Below, in pieces: positions 60,508 to 64,000 of a stretch of 64,000 nt of DNA (position 1 is the stretch's first letter; every line of letters begins with the position of its first letter). The notes beneath the pieces are model-generated. The model had not been told where the DNA came from. It was given only the letters and a program-made list of their open reading frames with translations, and ran no database searches. The translations under genes and the position numbers were made by a program. The DNA is from Eledone cirrhosa. Lineage: Eukaryota. The DNA lies in assembly GCA_964016885.1 (NCBI GenBank), contig OZ024748.1, positions 45,198,001 to 45,262,000 on the forward strand, read 5' to 3'.

Positions 60508-60652
60508 TTACCACGTGTTGCGTCCACACAAGATAGCGGTTTCGTTTCAGTGGCGTGAAAAGGTATTCGACAACTAGAAATAGCAGTCAAATTCTTTTCT
60601 AGTTGTCGAATACCTTTTCACAGATACCTTGTGTGGACGCAACACGTGGTAA
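60508..60652. repeat. Imperfect palindrome at the 5' junction of a PLE fragment
   Basis: ttaccacgtgttgcgtccacacaag...gtgaaaaggtattcgacaactagaaa / tttctagttgtcgaataccttttcac...cttgtgtggacgcaacacgtggtaa. Confidence 0.85.
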
Positions 60653-61222
60653 TGATACGCTTAATTACATAAGTAAGCTTTCTAACCATCCTGCCAGCAT
60701 AACCAAGAACCTGGTAAGAAACGTTTCTTTGAGGCTTTCCCGTCTATCTACTAACGAGCATATTTTCAACTACCATTCCACATATTATTACAATGAAGCT
60801 CTTGCTCGGAGTGGATTTGTCGATAAGGTAGCATATACAGAGTACGAGAATAGACCTAGAAAAAATAGATCCCTACGCATTTTATGGTATAACCCACCAT
60901 ATAATATAGAGGTGGCTTAACCGTTACCTAAGATCTTTCTCTCCCTTATTATGAAGCATTTTCCCCCAACACATAAATATAGTAACATTTTTAATAGAAA
61001 TACCATTAAAATTTCTTACTCTACGACTCCTAACCTTGCACATAACATCACAGCTTCAAATTTAGCTAAACTACCTAGCCATAGGAACACGTGCAACCCT
61101 GTAGCTATCCGGGAAATGCCTCTCTAGTAACATTGTCTACAAATGTAAGGTTGAAACATCCACGTCCCGTAGGGCCTACATAGGGTTAACCGCCAATAGA
61201 TTCAAGCAGCGTCTTTACAAAT
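60652..61222 (+). mobile_element. Degenerate Penelope-like (Naiad-like) thumb/GIY-YIG fragment
   Basis: NDTLNYISKLSNHPASI, RLSRLS, YNEALARSG, ILWYNPPY, HFPPTHKYSNIFNRNTIKISYSTTPN, NIVYKCKV...YIGLT.NRFKQR. Confidence 0.85.
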
Positions 61223-61239
61223 ATATATATCTATATATC

Positions 61240-61480
61240 CAGGTGTAGGAGGTTTATCCAGGATTTCTTGAAGGAACTAGTCCCAAAACATTCTTGAAGT
61301 TTATGGGGTCTATTTCCGTTTTAATATGTTTTGCTATAATGTTAACGAGAGCGGGGCCAATTGAGGTGAAATAAGTGTACCGTAATTTTGTTAAGAGATG
61401 CGAGTTCCACATCATACAGATAATGTAGCGCCCACGGCGACGTTGAAGTGGTTGGAGGTTGAACTTTTCTAGTATATTGT
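61240..61480 (-). mobile_element. CR1/L2-group LINE 3' fragment
   Basis: [30 protein letters not shown]; homologous in pattern to 28968-29480. Confidence 0.6.
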
Positions 61481-61487
61481 TATACGC

Positions 61488-61618
<131 letters not shown>

Positions 61619-61686
61619 AACATATATATATGTTATATATGTGCGCGTGTATATGAATATATATATATAGGTATGTGTATATAGAC

Positions 61687-61794
<108 letters not shown>

Positions 61795-61799
61795 GTATA

Positions 61800-61876
<77 letters not shown>

Positions 61877-61877
61877 G

Positions 61878-61916
<39 letters not shown>

Positions 61917-61944
61917 GACGTATATATATATATATATATATAAT

Positions 61945-63520
61945 AACTGTAACTATAGACTTCCCTTCCAAACACCCTAACAATAGACTACCTGTATTAG
62001 ACACAGAACTCTGGATTAACACTATAGACGAGAGAGCCCAAATTCTCCACTCACACTATGCTAAACCCATGGCCTCCAAATACCTGATACTCAAAAACTC
62101 AGCAATGTCCAGTAGTGCTAAGTTTAATATTCTGATCGCAGATTTGGTACGAGTGATGAAGAATGTGTCCAGCATGTGCGACCCAACAGAAATGGAAGGA
62201 CACATCCAACACTTCATCAACCGCATGCAGTTCTCTGGCTACAACCAAAGAGACAGAGTCAGAGTATACGAAGGAGCCATGGAAAAGTATAAGACCCTCA
62301 TAGAACTGGACATGAAAGGAATCTGCCCACTATACAGGAGCAAATCATGGAATAGCTTAGATAGGGCTAGACATAAGATAGGGAAGGCCACATCATGGTA
62401 CGACAACCAGAGATATCAGAGTGTCATGTTTGTGGACGCCACTCCTGGAGGGAAATTAGCTAACCAGTGTAGAAAGGCCCTGAGAAAGACCCACTTAAAA
62501 ATAAAGGTGGTAGAAAAGCCAGGAACCACCATAAAATCCCTGATCAGCAAAACCTACCCTTTTAAGAAAACCCACTGTACCAATAGGAAGTGTATCATAT
62601 GTAAGGTGAACCCCCGGATAAACTGTAAAACTAGAAACGTAGTCTATAGCATAAGATGTACAGAGGGTACTTGCAGAAACATGACAACAACATACATAGG
62701 TGAGACAGCTCGTAGCATAGGTGAAAGGATAGACCAACACTGGGGGGAACTAAAAGGACGAAAAAACGGGTCAGTACTATACGAACATGCTAGACAACAA
62801 CATGACGGTAACATAGACAACATAGAAATTAGAATAATATCTAAACATAGGAATGACCCAGCAGATAGACAAATCAGAGAAGCCAGTGAAATAGAAATTA
62901 GAAGACCAAAGCTAAACAGAAAGAATGAGTGGAACAACAACAACACCCAAACAAACAACACTGACCTAAGAGAAGTATAAATAAGTAAATAAAATTAAAT
63001 AAAATAAGATAAATAAATACATACACAAGCACAATAACAACAAGCACATAAACACACACTAGTCACCCAGCAGACACAACACTATACACACTAGTCACAC
63101 ATCACACATAACACTATACACACACGCAAACGCATGCGCAAAGAAGACAAAATAAAATAAGATAAACAAACAAGCAAATAAATAAATAAATATATAGACA
63201 GACTGAACAAAAAAAATGGCGTAGACATACAACACAACAGGAGGAACAATGAATATAACACCACTGACGATGTTACAGATGTGCAACGAAAGATTTATGT
63301 AAATTATGTAAACTATATATATATATATGTGTTTGTGTCTATATTGTATCTGTATTATTTTTGACCGCCGGTCAGTCAATGGCAACATTGAGGACCGAGT
63401 AAGTTAGATCGCAGATATAATAAAAGACAGCGAGAAGCGAAAACCAACCAAACAGTGAGTGTGTTCTGTTATTAATTCTGGCAATATTACGCAAATATGA
63501 CCCTCCCCAAGTATAACAAT
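61945..63520 (+). mobile_element. 5'-truncated Penelope-like element of a second clade (thumb + Cys knuckle + GIY-YIG, ORF to 62980), 3' UTR and terminal repeat with HHR-like motif at 63260-63300
   Basis: [67 protein letters not shown]...LNRKNEW. The 3' end atgaccctccccaagtataacaat(at)n matches the 17486/35766/50018 family. Confidence 0.9.
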
Positions 63521-63593
63521 ATATATATATGTATATTTCAGAAAATATCATATATTTTCACTAGCTCTGACTTTTGGCCGGTAAGCAGTATAC

Positions 63594-63636
63594 TGTACTG
63601 ATGAAGGGTAGTCATCCAGAAACATTAGCGTCTGCA
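63594..63636 (+). ncRNA. Type I hammerhead ribozyme
   Basis: UGUA-CUGAUGA-AGGGUAGUCAUCCA-GAAA-CAUUAGCG-UC-UGCA. Confidence 0.65.
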
Positions 63637-63681
63637 TTTCTGTTTATATGCCAATACAAGAGCAAGAATGACGAAGACATT

Positions 63682-63805
63682 CTACTGACATGGCTTTAAA
63701 AGAGGCTGTCTGCATAATAGCAAACGAATCAAATATTATCAAACATTATTAATATTCTAAAAACTCAGATTACATTTATTGTAGAGCAATAAACTCTTTC
63801 TTGTA

Positions 63806-63879
<74 letters not shown>

Positions 63880-64000
63880 CAAGAAAGAGTTTATTGCTCT
63901 ACAATAAATGTAATCTGAGTTTTTAGAATATTAATAATATTTGATAATATTTGATTCGTTTGCTATTATGCAGACAGCCTCTTTTAAAGCCATGTAGTAG
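63682..64000. repeat. Inverted duplication flanking a (TA)n tract (63682-63808 versus 63875-64000, runs off the window)
   Basis: Reverse-complement arms with two or three mismatches. Confidence 0.85.

Overview
AT-rich, microsatellite-saturated eukaryotic DNA. The SINE families and dense (TA)n/(CA)n tracts suggest a mollusc, probably an octopus; this is inference only. I found no confident host protein-coding gene, and most ORFs in the supplied track are translations of simple repeats. The window is a patchwork of mobile DNA: a Helitron (Rep + PIF1 helicase, intact 3' hairpin-CTAG end), CR1/L2-group LINE fragments, an RTE LINE whose 5' part is inverted with twin-priming geometry, two restriction-like-endonuclease LINE fragments, a mariner-type MITE, tRNA-derived SINEs with TSDs, and several Penelope-like elements (PLEs; RT and GIY-YIG). 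The main hidden signal is about 25 type-I hammerhead ribozyme (HHR) motifs from many families, folded by eye. They include repeated U3-A8 compensatory core variants and forms with a long stem II. They sit in PLE terminal repeats that inserted into (TA)n tracts, often as asymmetric fold-back (inverted) pairs in which one arm carries an extra tail. Coordinates were counted by hand and may be off by a few bases.
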